NCBI RefSeq assembly: GCF_001194135.2
Contig: NC_068994.1
Coordinates: 15,003,598 to 15,067,505, forward strand
Length of the DNA: 63,908 nucleotides
Reading direction: 5' to 3'
From: Octopus bimaculoides
Lineage: Eukaryota
A program made the position numbers and the translations under genes. Below, piece after piece: positions 26,156 to 38,037 of the stretch (the first letter of the stretch is position 1; each line of letters begins with the position of its first letter). The notes under the pieces were generated by a model that was not told where the DNA came from, did no database searches, and worked only from the letters and a program-made list of their open reading frames with translations.

Positions 26156-26303
26156 AACAGGCTTCTTTCAGCTTCCGTCAACCAAATCCATTCACAAGGC
26201 TTTGGAGAGCCTGAATCTATATTAGAAGATACTTGCCACACACTGGGACGAAGAACTATGTGGTTGGGAAGCAAGCTTCCTACCACACAGCCATGCCTAC
26301 GCC
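26156..26303 (-). mobile_element. SINE family A, 5' half, abutting the tRNA-Asp relic
   Basis: Head and CORE-like segment. Confidence 0.8.
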
Positions 26304-26488
26304 TACTTATTTATTTTTGTAAATTATATTCTTTTTCACTGAATTATTGCAAATGAATTAAATGTTACACTGTATAGATTATAGCAAGAGTCAAGCACCT
26401 GTTCCATCTTATGGGATTGATGAAACAGATTCCTATTCGCAAAGTATAGACATGTATTTGAAGGAGCATTTACATATATATATATATA

Positions 26489-26616
26489 TCATCATCACCA
26501 TCATCGTTTAATGTCTGCTTTCCATGCTAGCATGGGTTGGACGATTTGACTGAGGACTGGCGAACCAGATGGCTGCACCAGGCTCCAATCTGATCAGGCA
26601 GAGTTTCTGCCAGATC
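26489..26616 (-). mobile_element. RTE-type 3' tail fragment
   Basis: CCAACCCATGCTAGCATGGAAAGCAGACATTAAACGATGAT on the minus strand. Confidence 0.7.
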
Positions 26617-29013
26617 ATATATATATACATACATACATACATACATACTACACACACACACACACATACACAAGTATGTGAGTGTTTGAGACTGTGTGTG
26701 CATGTGTTAGTTGTTTCAAGTAACTTTATTTCAAAGTAATTTATTATTCTGCATTTCACACATACATATATATATTTATATAATATATTTAGTCTTGTGA
26801 AAATGGAATAGAAGGCTTAACAAAATAAAGAATATAAAATACTTTGAAGTTGCTATAAAAAAAACTGAAGGTATTGAATTTATTTATTTATTTATATTTG
26901 TAATCATACAAAGATTGAAAAAATAATAGCTGTCATTTCAAATACCTTTTCCATTTTATTTTTCCTAAACAGCATTTTGTTTTACTGAAAACTAATTTCT
27001 AACATAGTTACAAGTCCATACTTTTTGGAGGGTTTGGGGAGAATTGATTCCAGGGCTTGACTCGTATTTTATTGACCCAAAAGGACGAAAGAACAAAACT
27101 GATACCATCCAGATTTTAATTTAGACCATAAAGGTTCATTATTAAAATATTTTGCCTGACCCTCTAATAATTTACCAACAATAGCCCATAACAATGTAAT
27201 TAAAAATAATAACTTGTGCTGTGTTTTCTTAACATTGCTTTAAAATTTTTTATGGATCTATACCTGAAACAATATTTCATTTCTCATAGACTACAATAAA
27301 TAAATAAGCAATCATGGTTATTCTGACGATAACTATAACCAGTACCACACTTTGAGAGAAAAAGAACTAAAATTGACACTAGAAAAGAAGACTTTTACAT
27401 GGTGAATTACAGCTGAAGTTCTCATTTCTTTAATTAAATACAAAGCCATCTTTCAAATCCTTATGCAATCATTTGGCCTGATAGAATAGGAGCCAAATTA
27501 TTTTAAAGTCACTCCTTATTATAAAATAAAGGTCACATGTGATGATCACAGAACAATTTTAACCATTGGTCCATATTTATTAAAGAGAAATGATATACTT
27601 GATTGAAGCAATAAATAGCAGACTGAAATTTTCATCAATACAACCAAACAGCAAAGAGAAGACCATCAAATTAGCTACTGAGGCAACTGAGGTGGCTGTG
27701 GATCAGAAGGTGTAAAAACTATGGATGGGGTACAGCTAACTGGGTACAAACTGGTGCTTGGTTGACCCAGCTGGTTGCCTGAGCAAGAGTGTCTGGCAGC
27801 TGAAAGACCTGAAACATCCCAATGACCCCAAGTAACATTTCTGATGATGTGTCGAGGAGCATTGCAAGACAACTGAATAAAAAAAAACACAAACAAGGTT
27901 CTTATACATAAGCCATAAAGGGAATTTAGCAGAACTTGAACTCAGAACACTGAGTCTTGCTCCTCTGTGAAGAAATGATAACAGCAAAACAAACAATCTA
28001 CACACAAACATTGTAGCACTATACATTGGATACAATATCGCTGCCTTTCTTCTCAATCATAAATAGTATCAATTGATTACTTATACACAAGTAATGGAAT
28101 TAAATAGAAAACTTGTCTCTCAAAACATTTAACTTTCCAATTACTGACCAAAGGAACAATAAATGTAATACTGGCATTTCTAGTGTGTATGCTATTAAAT
28201 AAAAGCACATTACTTCAGTTCTAACAACCACAGTAAAGATATATGCCACTGTATACCCAACAATAGGAAGCTTACTCTGCAATAAAACATTGACTTTAAT
28301 AATTTCTTTAACGATTTAAATGTGTGGAACATTTACTTAAAAAGAAAAGAAATACTGAACAAAATAGCTTGTATTAAATAATAGTATTGTACTTTCAGAA
28401 AGTATACTTTAAAAAACAAACTTTAATTGATCTTTATCTATCATGATAATAATAGTTTGTATACCAATTGTCTATTAATTTAATTCAGCTTCTCATGAAG
28501 ACTGGATGTGATCAGGCTGACTATTAATTCTCAAGTCTGTGATAGAGTATTATGGGTGGAATACAACCTTATAGGGTAATATAAAGTTACTTGCTTGTTA
28601 GGGTAACCTTTTTAGATAATCTTTTACTTATACAATGAAATGCCATAACAAGTAATGGAATCAACACCACCATCATCCCAAATTAGAGTCTTCCATACTT
28701 GACCATTTAAAATCTACATATTGAAAGAATGTGGCATTCATTATAAAAGCATTATCTCCATAAGATATTCTGTTCCTCTTTTCCTTTTTTATTCTCTTCT
28801 ATTTTTTCACAATGAAGGACCACAGTCAGAAACACTGAACTCTCCTCTGTTCCTTCCTTATAGTGTAAAATTGTTATCTTGTACTTTGTTTTTTTTTTGT
28901 TTGTTTTGTTGCTGCTGTTTTTGTACTTGAAACCTTGTATAAATACAGGTTCACTAGAGGGCTTAACCACTCACTTGGCCTGCTAGACACAGTAGCCTAA
29001 TCATCCTCATACA

Positions 29014-29413
29014 GGCGTAGGAGTGGCTGTGTGGTAAGTAGCTTGCTTACCCACCACATGGTTCCAGATTCAGTCCCACTGCGTGGCACCTTGGGCAAGT
29101 GTATTCTACTATAGCCTTGGGCCGACCAAAGCCTTGAGTGGATTTGGTAGACGGAAACTGAAAGAAGCCCATCGTATATATGTATATATATATATATGTT
29201 TGTGTGTCTGTGTTTGTCCCCCCCCCACCATCACTTGACAACCGATGCTGGTGTGTTTACGTCCCCGTAACTTAGCGGTTCGGCAAAAAGAGACCAATAG
29301 AATAAGTACTAGGCTTACAAAGAATAAATCCTGGGGTCTATTTGATTCGACTAAAGGCAGTGCTCGAGCATGGCTGCAGTCAAATGACTGAAACAAGTAA
29401 AAGAGTAAAAGAG
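29014..29413 (+). mobile_element. SINE family A, full length
   Basis: Near-consensus sequence. Confidence 0.9.
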
Positions 29414-30069
29414 AGTATACAATATCTCACTATCTTCAAAAACAAAAAAGAAAGACACACTGGACAATGTAATGCTTGATGTACAGAAAGGCAAGATGGC
29501 CAACAGTTGGAATGTTTTTGTTATAAGATCAGGGCTGTTCTATGACCAAACAATAACAGTATATTGAAATAAGTTTTGTTCAATGATACAATGAAATGCC
29601 ATAACAAAAATGAAATCAAAACCTTTCCCACCTGGCCATTTAAAATCTGCCATAAATAATTTTTCTTTCTATTTGTCTAATCATTGTATCCATTCTAGAT
29701 AACACTTTCATCTTAATTTTCAAAACTTTCCTCTAATGGTCATTTCAATTGATGAAGTACGATAGCCCATTTGAGACACATATGCAAAACTACTACAATA
29801 TCATTTACATTGTAAAACCATCAACAATAGTACAAAGGAGAGAATTTCTGAATCAGATACATTTCTACTGTGTAACTGCCATTAACCTTTATATTTTTAA
29901 ATGGAAGACACTATCAGATAAATATTTCAGAGTTATAGACATTTAAATGGAAGATTAGGTTGAATAAAAGTTTTGAAACTCTAGACATTTTAAAGATTTT
30001 TATTATTTAAATTGCAAGATATTGTGCAACCAGTTCTATGCTAAATATCCTTGGCATGTGTTTCACTCC

Positions 30070-32180
30070 TGGCCCATTAGAAAAGGTTACATGAGTGACT
30101 AAAACGATCCTCATGTACATATCCCTCCACAACAAAACATGTCCTTCACACAACAAAAAGTCAGAGTTCACAGTACCCCAAGTTGTTGACTCACGTCTGT
30201 ACTACAGCAGATCAAGTAAAAAAAATCACAGGCTTACAAACCTTTGTAAAAAGTACCCAGCCTTACAAACTAACCAGCTCTTACCCAACACTGAAACTCC
30301 TGCAACGCAAGCATCCAGGCTATGAAAAATGCCTCCGTACATCACACAGCCTTTAAGCTCTCTTGCTCTCAAACAAAAGCCAATCCCTAGCCATAAGACT
30401 CTCTACCAACTTTGTGAATTCTTTTTCCCTCCACATCTAGGCTAAAATGATTCTCTGAGTAATACTTCTATAAAGAAAGTCACCAGCTTCCCTGCCTACT
30501 TAGTATCCAGCTCCAGATTACTCACTACCATGCACATATGCATGTCAAGTGCAAAAGCACCTCTGGTTACTTTGAACCAGCAAGGCGACAAACACTGACA
30601 ATATCCATTTCATTACCCTCAAACTATGCACCCCAATTCTGAAAACATGCAACAATGCCTCTTTTCCATGAAGGCAGTCTTTTTGATCCTGTCAGCTATC
30701 ATCTTCCCTCGATCACTTTCAGGATCTCAAAGATGATGAAAGCAGTCTTCAACAACAACATTCTCCAACACTTAGAATCTCCCTCCCTTGTTAATGACTT
30801 TTGTAAAATCAGATCTACAAGGAATCCGCTCTCCAATGTCACTTACCAGATTTATTTGCTGAAAGCAAAGCTTTTGCCCTTAACATAAGTAAAACTTTTG
30901 GTCATGCTTGGCATGCAAATCTCCTGTCAAAACCATCCACCTCTCAGTTATTGGATCTGTGGTTTCTTGTCACATCACTTTACTCTTTTACTTGTTTCAG
31001 TCATTTGACTGTGGCCATGCTGGAGCACCGCCTTTAGTCGAGCAAATCGACCCCAGGACTTATTCTTTAGAAGCCTAGTACTTATTCTATTGGTCTCTAT
31101 TGCCGAACCGCTAAGTTACGGGGACATAAACACACATATATATACACATATATACGACGGGCTTCTTTCAGTTTCTGTCTACCAAATCTACTCACAAGGC
31201 TTTGGTCAGCCCGAGGCTATAGTAGAAGACACTTGCTCAAGGTGCCACGCAGTGGGACTGAACCCAGAACCATGTGGTTGGTAAGTAACCTACTTACTAC
31301 ACAGCTACTCCTGCACCTATAAAGTGTGTGCTGATGAAGCTCACTCTCTCTCTCTCTGCAACCCATACAATCAAATCTGGTGCACTGCACCGCTACCCCC
31401 ACCACTTTTCAACAATCTTCTTACCATCACCTCCAAAAATGCTCCCTCTTACACAGAAAATACAATCCTTTATACCTCCCTAACTTATCATCCCCAGGTG
31501 TCATCCACACACAGTCTAAATCCTTTGTGCTGAATCTGCTCTCCCTCCACGAACAGCAGCCTTGGAAACATTCTACAATGAGGTCATGCCAATCTTATCT
31601 CCTTCAACAGTCAAAAACCATAAATAATTAAGAAAACATCATTGTACCTTACCCTCCTTAGATATGAGCAACATGCAACTTGAGCCATTGCAATTAATTC
31701 AAATGTCAGATCTCACTATTAATGAGAATTTATTCTCCTGAATACACATCCAAAGATTGTATCTCAAAGACTGCCCTTTCTCTTCATTGACACAAAATAC
31801 TTCAGCCTTCTAAACAACTTTAACTCTGTAAAAAGCTCAGGTGAGACACACGAAGTACTGTCCCCATATCTGGATAGTGCTACCGCAGCACACACAAGTG
31901 TCCAAAAACTGCACTCAGAAAAAGCTACTCAACTGACTGGCATGATGAAGTCACTCACATTCTAACCTCTGACCCATAAGTGTGCTGTCTCTTCCCCACC
32001 TCTCTTTCTCTTTTCTAAAGCTGCTGCAACACCTGCTCCTTGGACATGGCAGGTCTCATACCACTGCCACTCAAGTACTCTTGACTCACTTGCCTTCCCT
32101 CCTTTAATTATCCATATTGTATCCAACCCACCAGGTCCCACACTACTTACTATGTCAATTACTTTCTCGGCAGAATGTCA
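30070..32180 (+). mobile_element. Decayed CR1-group LINE RT region
   Basis: FDPVSYHLPSITFRISKMMKAVFNNNILQHLE...KIRST resembles NP.NYRPI.LT..ISK.ME..IN..L..YLE....YGFR..RST. Confidence 0.72.
30981..31317 (-). mobile_element. SINE family A inserted in a CR1 relic
   Basis: Near-consensus with a short internal deletion. Confidence 0.88.
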
Positions 32181-32747
32181 GCTATCTGAAATTCCTCTCC
32201 CCACGTGTCTTTCTGGCAGTTGTTAGGCTTGAAACAGCATAAATGAAATCCTAATAGCATCAATCCCAAAAGGCCATGGAAACATTCCCTTCTGCCAGAC
32301 TTAACTGGTAAATAGAAACTCTATATACTAATACTCTGATAATTTTTGAATTTGGAAGAAGAAATTGGAATAAAGAGTATTGCTTACAATGATTACTTAT
32401 AACTGAATACAAGGCTTATTTTATAAAAGATAGGGCCAGCCTTGATATGTTATTAGTGACAGCAGAAGAAGGTGAAATTTCATTGCCAAAATTGGTCATA
32501 CTAAGCCAGATATAAAACATTGAGTGAGGTGCCTCTTCAGCTATGTCACTTGAATACCCACACATAATCCACACATTATAACAATAGTAGAAACAGAAAA
32601 ATACATAATTTTCAGCCACTGTGTGTATAAAATATTTCTTGGATTCTTTGATATCACACCTGACGTGGCATGATTTATATTTGACTCAGAGGACAAAGTT
32701 TTGAAAGCTAAATTTGTTGAGATTTGAAAGAAGCAGTAATTTACATC

Positions 32748-32974
32748 TTAACTCTTCAGCATTCAGATCACCGTCTATTGTAGTTCTTATTTATTCACAT
32801 TGTTTTGGATTAAGCATGCATTATCGTGTAACTTTGAGATTTTTTGATGATGTGATTATTTATTTTCGAATGACAGTGTAAGGCTGATGTGAGAGGCTGG
32901 ATCTGGCTAGCCTGAACATAAAACAGGTAGAATATATGGCCTGGATATGACTGGTTTAAATGCTAAATGGTTAT
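32748..32974 (+). mobile_element. TTAA-flanked (piggyBac-like) MITE; other copies about 34160-34388(-), 43425-43610(+), 56780-56982(+)
   Basis: TTAA|CTCTTCAGCATT ... AATGCTAAATGG|TTAT; four homologous decayed copies. Confidence 0.7.
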
Positions 32975-33426
32975 ATGTATTATTTATCATTCCTGCTCCC
33001 TTTGTGTGCATGTGGGGAGAGTGAGCAAGTCATTCACACACACGTACATACAACGCGTGCACACACACACATGCACATACAACACGTGCAAACACACACA
33101 CACACACACAAATGCACATACAGAGTTTTTTTTTTCAGTCACAGGAGATTGAGGCAGCACTTGAACATTAATCAAAATAAACAAGTGGAAAATGGAACCA
33201 ATGAAAAAATGAGACATAGCCTCTGTATTTGCCTTTTAGGGCTCGAAAATCATTTAAGATCTCACACCAGGAAAGAGCAATTATAGGTGCAAGAAGAGGT
33301 CAAGCTCTGCAACAGGCAAACAGTCACTATATATAGAGAGAGATATATATAAATAAGGATAAGATCGATATTTAAAATATTGATCTTATCAAGTGGCCAG
33401 CATGGGAATAAAAACCATCAAAGGTA

Positions 33427-33730
33427 ATAATTATTTAAAATTATAATACAGGGTATCTAAGAGATACCACCACGCTGAAAAATAGCAGTCAAATTCTGAC
33501 TCTAAAACCACAATAAATGTCCACATAGTACAAGGAGCGAAGACGAAGACAAAATAAACCAGTAAAAATAACAAAGATATCTTTGTTATTTTTACTGGTT
33601 TATTTTGTCTTCGTCTTCGCTCCTTGTACTATGTGGACATTTATTGTGGTTTTAGAGTCAGAATTTGACTGCTATTTTTCAGCATGGCGGTATCTCTTAG
33701 ATACCCTGTATTATAATTTTAAATAATTAT
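33427..33730. repeat. 304-bp spacerless palindrome (2 x 152 bp, 2 mismatches)
   Basis: Centre acaaaGAT|ATCtttgt at 33578/33579. The arms are exact reverse complements out to ataattattt/aaataattat apart from two transitions. Confidence 0.95.
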
Positions 33731-34465
33731 ATAGATATATATGTAATTTTGCATACTGAAATTAATGATACTATATGATGAAGGTTATGAAATGGCTGCA
33801 ATCATATGGAAGTCAAATGGGGGAAAAATCCATATTCACCTCTCGTACAGCCTGACTTTATGGCTTATATATATAGAGAGACAGACAGACAGACAGAGTG
33901 GTGGGATGGACAAAATAATGGCAATGAGACTTATCTAGTTATGTTTTCTATTGGCAATATGACAAGTTCAAAACTTCTCATCTGTATATATGAGTTCATA
34001 TGTATTATGTTTGCCTTGCACTTCATGGTATAGAGTGTGTTTTTTTTTCTCAAATATTTTTTTTTTGTATATTATTTATATTTAAATAAGTTAAAATACA
34101 TGGCCTATGTGATTTCCAAAGAGGGCAAATTGCTAGGTTGTGGATGGCTGGAGCTTCAGTAACTTCAGTGCCATTTAATCTGGCCATATCCAGCTCAAAA
34201 ATTCTACTTGTTTTATATTAAAACTGACTAGATACAACCTCTCACACCAACCCAGCAATGTCATTCTAAAAATATACAAACACACCATTGAAATCTTGAA
34301 GCTACAAGATAATGCATGATTAATTCAAAACAATGTGAATAAATAAGCAATACATCTGTCAAAGAAATCTGAATGCTAAAGGCTTTAAAAATCATGTTGG
34401 CACCCCAAAACCAAAGTAAAACCACCTCTGGCAAGCATAATTCTAGATGGGAAGCTAAGCTCATA

Positions 34466-35298
34466 GGAAGCTAAGCTCATGGAGCTTACTGCAGAACCAC
34501 TGTGTCTAAAAGCCATCAAACTATGGTAACAAAAGCGACAGCAAAGCTAAACCATGACCATGTCAGTTTTACGTCAACCAAAACTATTCATCACAAGCTT
34601 CATAAAACTGGATACCATAGGTGGTATCCTGCCCACCATCAACTGGTAAGCAGAGAAAATGTTGTCTAGACTTTCAAAAGTCATCATTTGCTCAATGAAA
34701 CAATGTCATCTTTTCTGATGAATCATCATTCACCCTTTTCCCCCCACTTTGGGGTGAATTTATGCCTGGAGACAGCCCAAAGAAGCCTTTATCCCTGACT
34801 GTTTGGTCCTTTCCATGAAGAATAGAGGTGGTTCTGTGATGATGGAATTCTCTTGGCCCTTTAGTTATTCTACACAGCTGAGTCAACACAATGAATGTCT
34901 AAACATTTTGGCTAATCATGTCCATCCTATGGTAAAGCACTGCTCTCTGATGGTACCACAATCTTCCAAAATGATAATGTTCCGATTCACATGGCTAATG
35001 TTATTCAAAATTGGTATGAAGAGCCTAAAAGTGAAGGAAACCACTTGGACTGTCCCCAACAACCACTGGATCTCAATATAACTGAACATTTATCATGTAT
35101 TTTGGAGCAGCAAGTAAGGAGCTGCTTCCCTCAGCCATTGTCACTGAAAGAGCTAAAGCAAGTTTTAATTGAATAATGCCTCAAAATTCCCCTAGGAACT
35201 GCTCAAGACCTTTACAAGTTAATCCCTTGTGATTGATGCCAAAGGCGGACAAACTCTGTATTAAATAATAAAAATTCCATTAGTTTGTCCAATCCCTG
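34466..35298 (+). mobile_element. Tc1-like DD34E transposase pseudogene with right TIR remnant
   Basis: VIFSDESSFTLF...WRQPKEAFIPDCL...GGSVM; QNW..E...HL..PQQPLDLNITEHL..ILEQQVR; AKGGQTLY* (stop 35262-35264); ends GTTTGTCCAATCCCTG. Confidence 0.88.
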
Positions 35299-35979
35299 TG
35301 TGTGTGTGTGTGTATGCATGCATATGTGCGTGAGGAGACTCTTGGTTTTGGTTAAGGCACCCCATTAAGGGAAGGCTAATTCATATATAAAACCTGTTGT
35401 TCTATTGAGCCAGATATTTTGCACTCTGCTTGTCTATGTAGTTTTTGGTATTCCTAGTGAGAGTCGTTGTGGTGTTGTGTAGGCCACACTTATCTTAAAA
35501 CCCTTGCATAAGCATAGCTGACATGTAGCTATCAACAATAGTGATGCTCATCTAACAATTAGACAACCATCATTATGTATCAGACTAAATTTATTCTACA
35601 ATGAACAATTAAACTTATGCTGTGTTGTTCTTTCTTATCTATATGACACCTAGCAATATTTTAACTATTTTGATAGCACACAGTATAAGCTCACATGAAG
35701 CCAAAAATGTGGTGCAGTTTTCATTCCTAGATGATAATGTCTCACTTCACTCACAACACTCACACTATTAGGAAAAATATGAACAACACAGCATTCCATT
35801 TCATTTCTCATAAAAATTTGAAGGTATTGTGTTTTAGCATAGGAATTCAATGTTATTACTATAATTAAAATAGCATTCCATCCATAAAATATGATTGAAG
35901 ATTATTTTAATTATAATTATTTAGAATCATTATCTATGGTAACTATTATTATTGTGGGTTTGTCATAAAAGCTTTGAAG

Positions 35980-36386
35980 TCATCGTCATCATTTTAACAT
36001 CCACTTTTCTATGCCCACATAAAATTGGATGGAATTTGTTGAGGCAGATTTTTTTTTATAGCTGTATGCTCTTCCTGTTGATAGCACCTTCACCTGGTTT
36101 CAAGTAGGGTGTTTCCTCATGATGAGACAAGATTCCATGGAAGACTGGAAACAGAAGACACTGCTTGCATGATGGTAACACTCATTTACAACTATCACAT
36201 AAAGTCAAGGTAAGAAGATAGTAACACACACATACATATACAACAGGCTCCTTTCAGTTTCTGTCTACCAAATCAACTCTCAGGGCTATAGCAGAGGACA
36301 CTTGCCCAAGGTTCCACCCAGTGGGACTGAACCCAAAACCACGTGGTTAGGAAGCAAACTTTTTACTACATGGCCATGTCTGTGCC
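35980..36386 (-). mobile_element. Chimeric SINE: family A head with RTE-type tail
   Basis: Family A head and core followed by the GGATG..AAAATGATGAC tail type shared with the RTE fragment at 4227. Confidence 0.65.
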
Positions 36387-36729
36387 AAGTAGTAGAAAAT
36401 ATTACCTGCACCAACAGAATGATTTCACAACTCAGTTAAAATTCACCGTTGGAATGGCTTCATTTATGAAAAAAAAAAAAAAAATGCATAAATTCTACAA
36501 TCTTATTTCCCTGTGTCTCCGACAACTCAGTGCCTCTTGTTAAAGGATGAAATTATTACAACAATTATCAAATAGAAATTTCATCCTTCATACTTCAGCT
36601 GATGTCATGTCATGCTTAAGTTAAGTGTGGGCTGATCTATATGCATTTTTCCTCTACTAACACAGAGAGGACGGTAGCAACTTTGGATTAAGGATGTCTA
36701 AAATGTGCAGTTCTTCTATATTAACAGTA

Positions 36730-37149
36730 TACTCTTTACTCTTTTACTTGTTTCAGTCATTTGACTGTGGCCATGCTGGAGCACTGCTTTTAGTCAAGCA
36801 AACCGACCCCAGGACTTATTCTTTGGAAGCCTAGTACTTATTCTATCGGTCTCTTTTGCCGAACTGCTAAGTTACGGGGACGTAAACACACCAGCATCGG
36901 TTGTCAAGCGATGTTGGGGGGGGGGGAAGAAACACAGACACACAAACATATACACACACATACATATATATATATATACATATATACGACAGGCTTCTTT
37001 CAGTTTCTGTCTACCAAATCCACTCACAAGGCTTTGGTCGGCCCGAGGCTATAGTAGAAGACACTTGCCCAAGGTGCCATGCAGTGAGACTGAACCCAGA
37101 ACCATGTGATTCGTAAGCAAGCTACTTACCACACAGCCACTCCTGCACC
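36730..37149 (-). mobile_element. SINE family A, full length
   Basis: Near-consensus sequence. Confidence 0.9.
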
Positions 37150-37680
37150 TAGTATGGAGAAGAATCTGTGGGATGTCAGCATAAATAAGATGCTATGTAT
37201 TCAAACAATGTTTCGCTTACAGCTTAGATATCTTTCATACAGCTAACCACTTAACAACTAAGTAGACAAGCCAATGAGGAAGCCTGATCTGCTTGAAATA
37301 GCATCCATTTCTCACTGTCTTAAAAAGAAAGGAAGGATGCACAAGATAAGGTTGTCTGAGATATACATGTTAGTCACTTTGGTTATAAATCTGCTCAGTC
37401 AAAGCTGACTTGGAATTAAGCAACAGTAACAAAATAGGAGAGGAATTTCTCTTGTCAGATAAACTGTCACTCGTGACAATAAGATTGTTATACTTAACAA
37501 CTTAATCTCATAGCCATTGCACTACAACAGGTATTGAGAAAATTGACTTGTATTTATTGTATTAAAAAAACCGCAGAAAACTTACTTGCACATGTGCATG
37601 GGAAGTTGTTCTTTTTTTAAAAAACAAATACCAAATCAAAATTAAATTTTTCATTAACTCTTTGACTTTTTCACCTGTAC

Positions 37681-37845
37681 AGGTGAAGAATGTGTTGTTA
37701 AGAAGTGTATTTTGCAACCACATGGTTTCAAGTGCAGTTTCACTGCACAGCAACTTGGGCAAGTGTACTTCTACTATAGCCCTGGGCTGACCAATGCCTT
37801 GTGAGAGAATTTGGTAAACAGAAACTGTGTGGAAGCCCATCATAC
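37681..37845 (+). mobile_element. SINE family A, diverged 5' half
   Basis: CCACATGGTTTC...CTTGGGCAAGTG...GGAAGCCCATC. Confidence 0.7.
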
Positions 37846-37990
37846 ATACATATATATATATATATATAAAGGTTATGAAGGGTATTGGAGTCAACCAAAC
37901 CCTAAAGATACAGGTAATACCAAGTAAGTGCTGTATACCGACTAGTTTCTCCTCTTATAGATGTAATAATCCATTCTTCTACTATTACCA

Positions 37991-38037
37991 TCTCTGATGA
38001 AGGGATACATTGGATTTTCCCTGAAACAGCTGTAAGA
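37991..38037 (+). ncRNA. Minimal type-I hammerhead ribozyme motif (Penelope-like class)
   Basis: TCT CTGATGA AGGGA-tacattggattt-TCCCT GAAA C-agct-G TA AGA. Core is intact, stem II is 5 bp, stem III/loop is the palindrome ACAGCTGT, the triplet is GUA, and stem I is 3 bp. Confidence 0.82.

Noticed and set aside
32428-32515. RASLDMLLVTAEEG resembling a retroviral envelope immunosuppressive motif
   Set aside because: A short isolated match followed by a stop, with no LTR or other env features.
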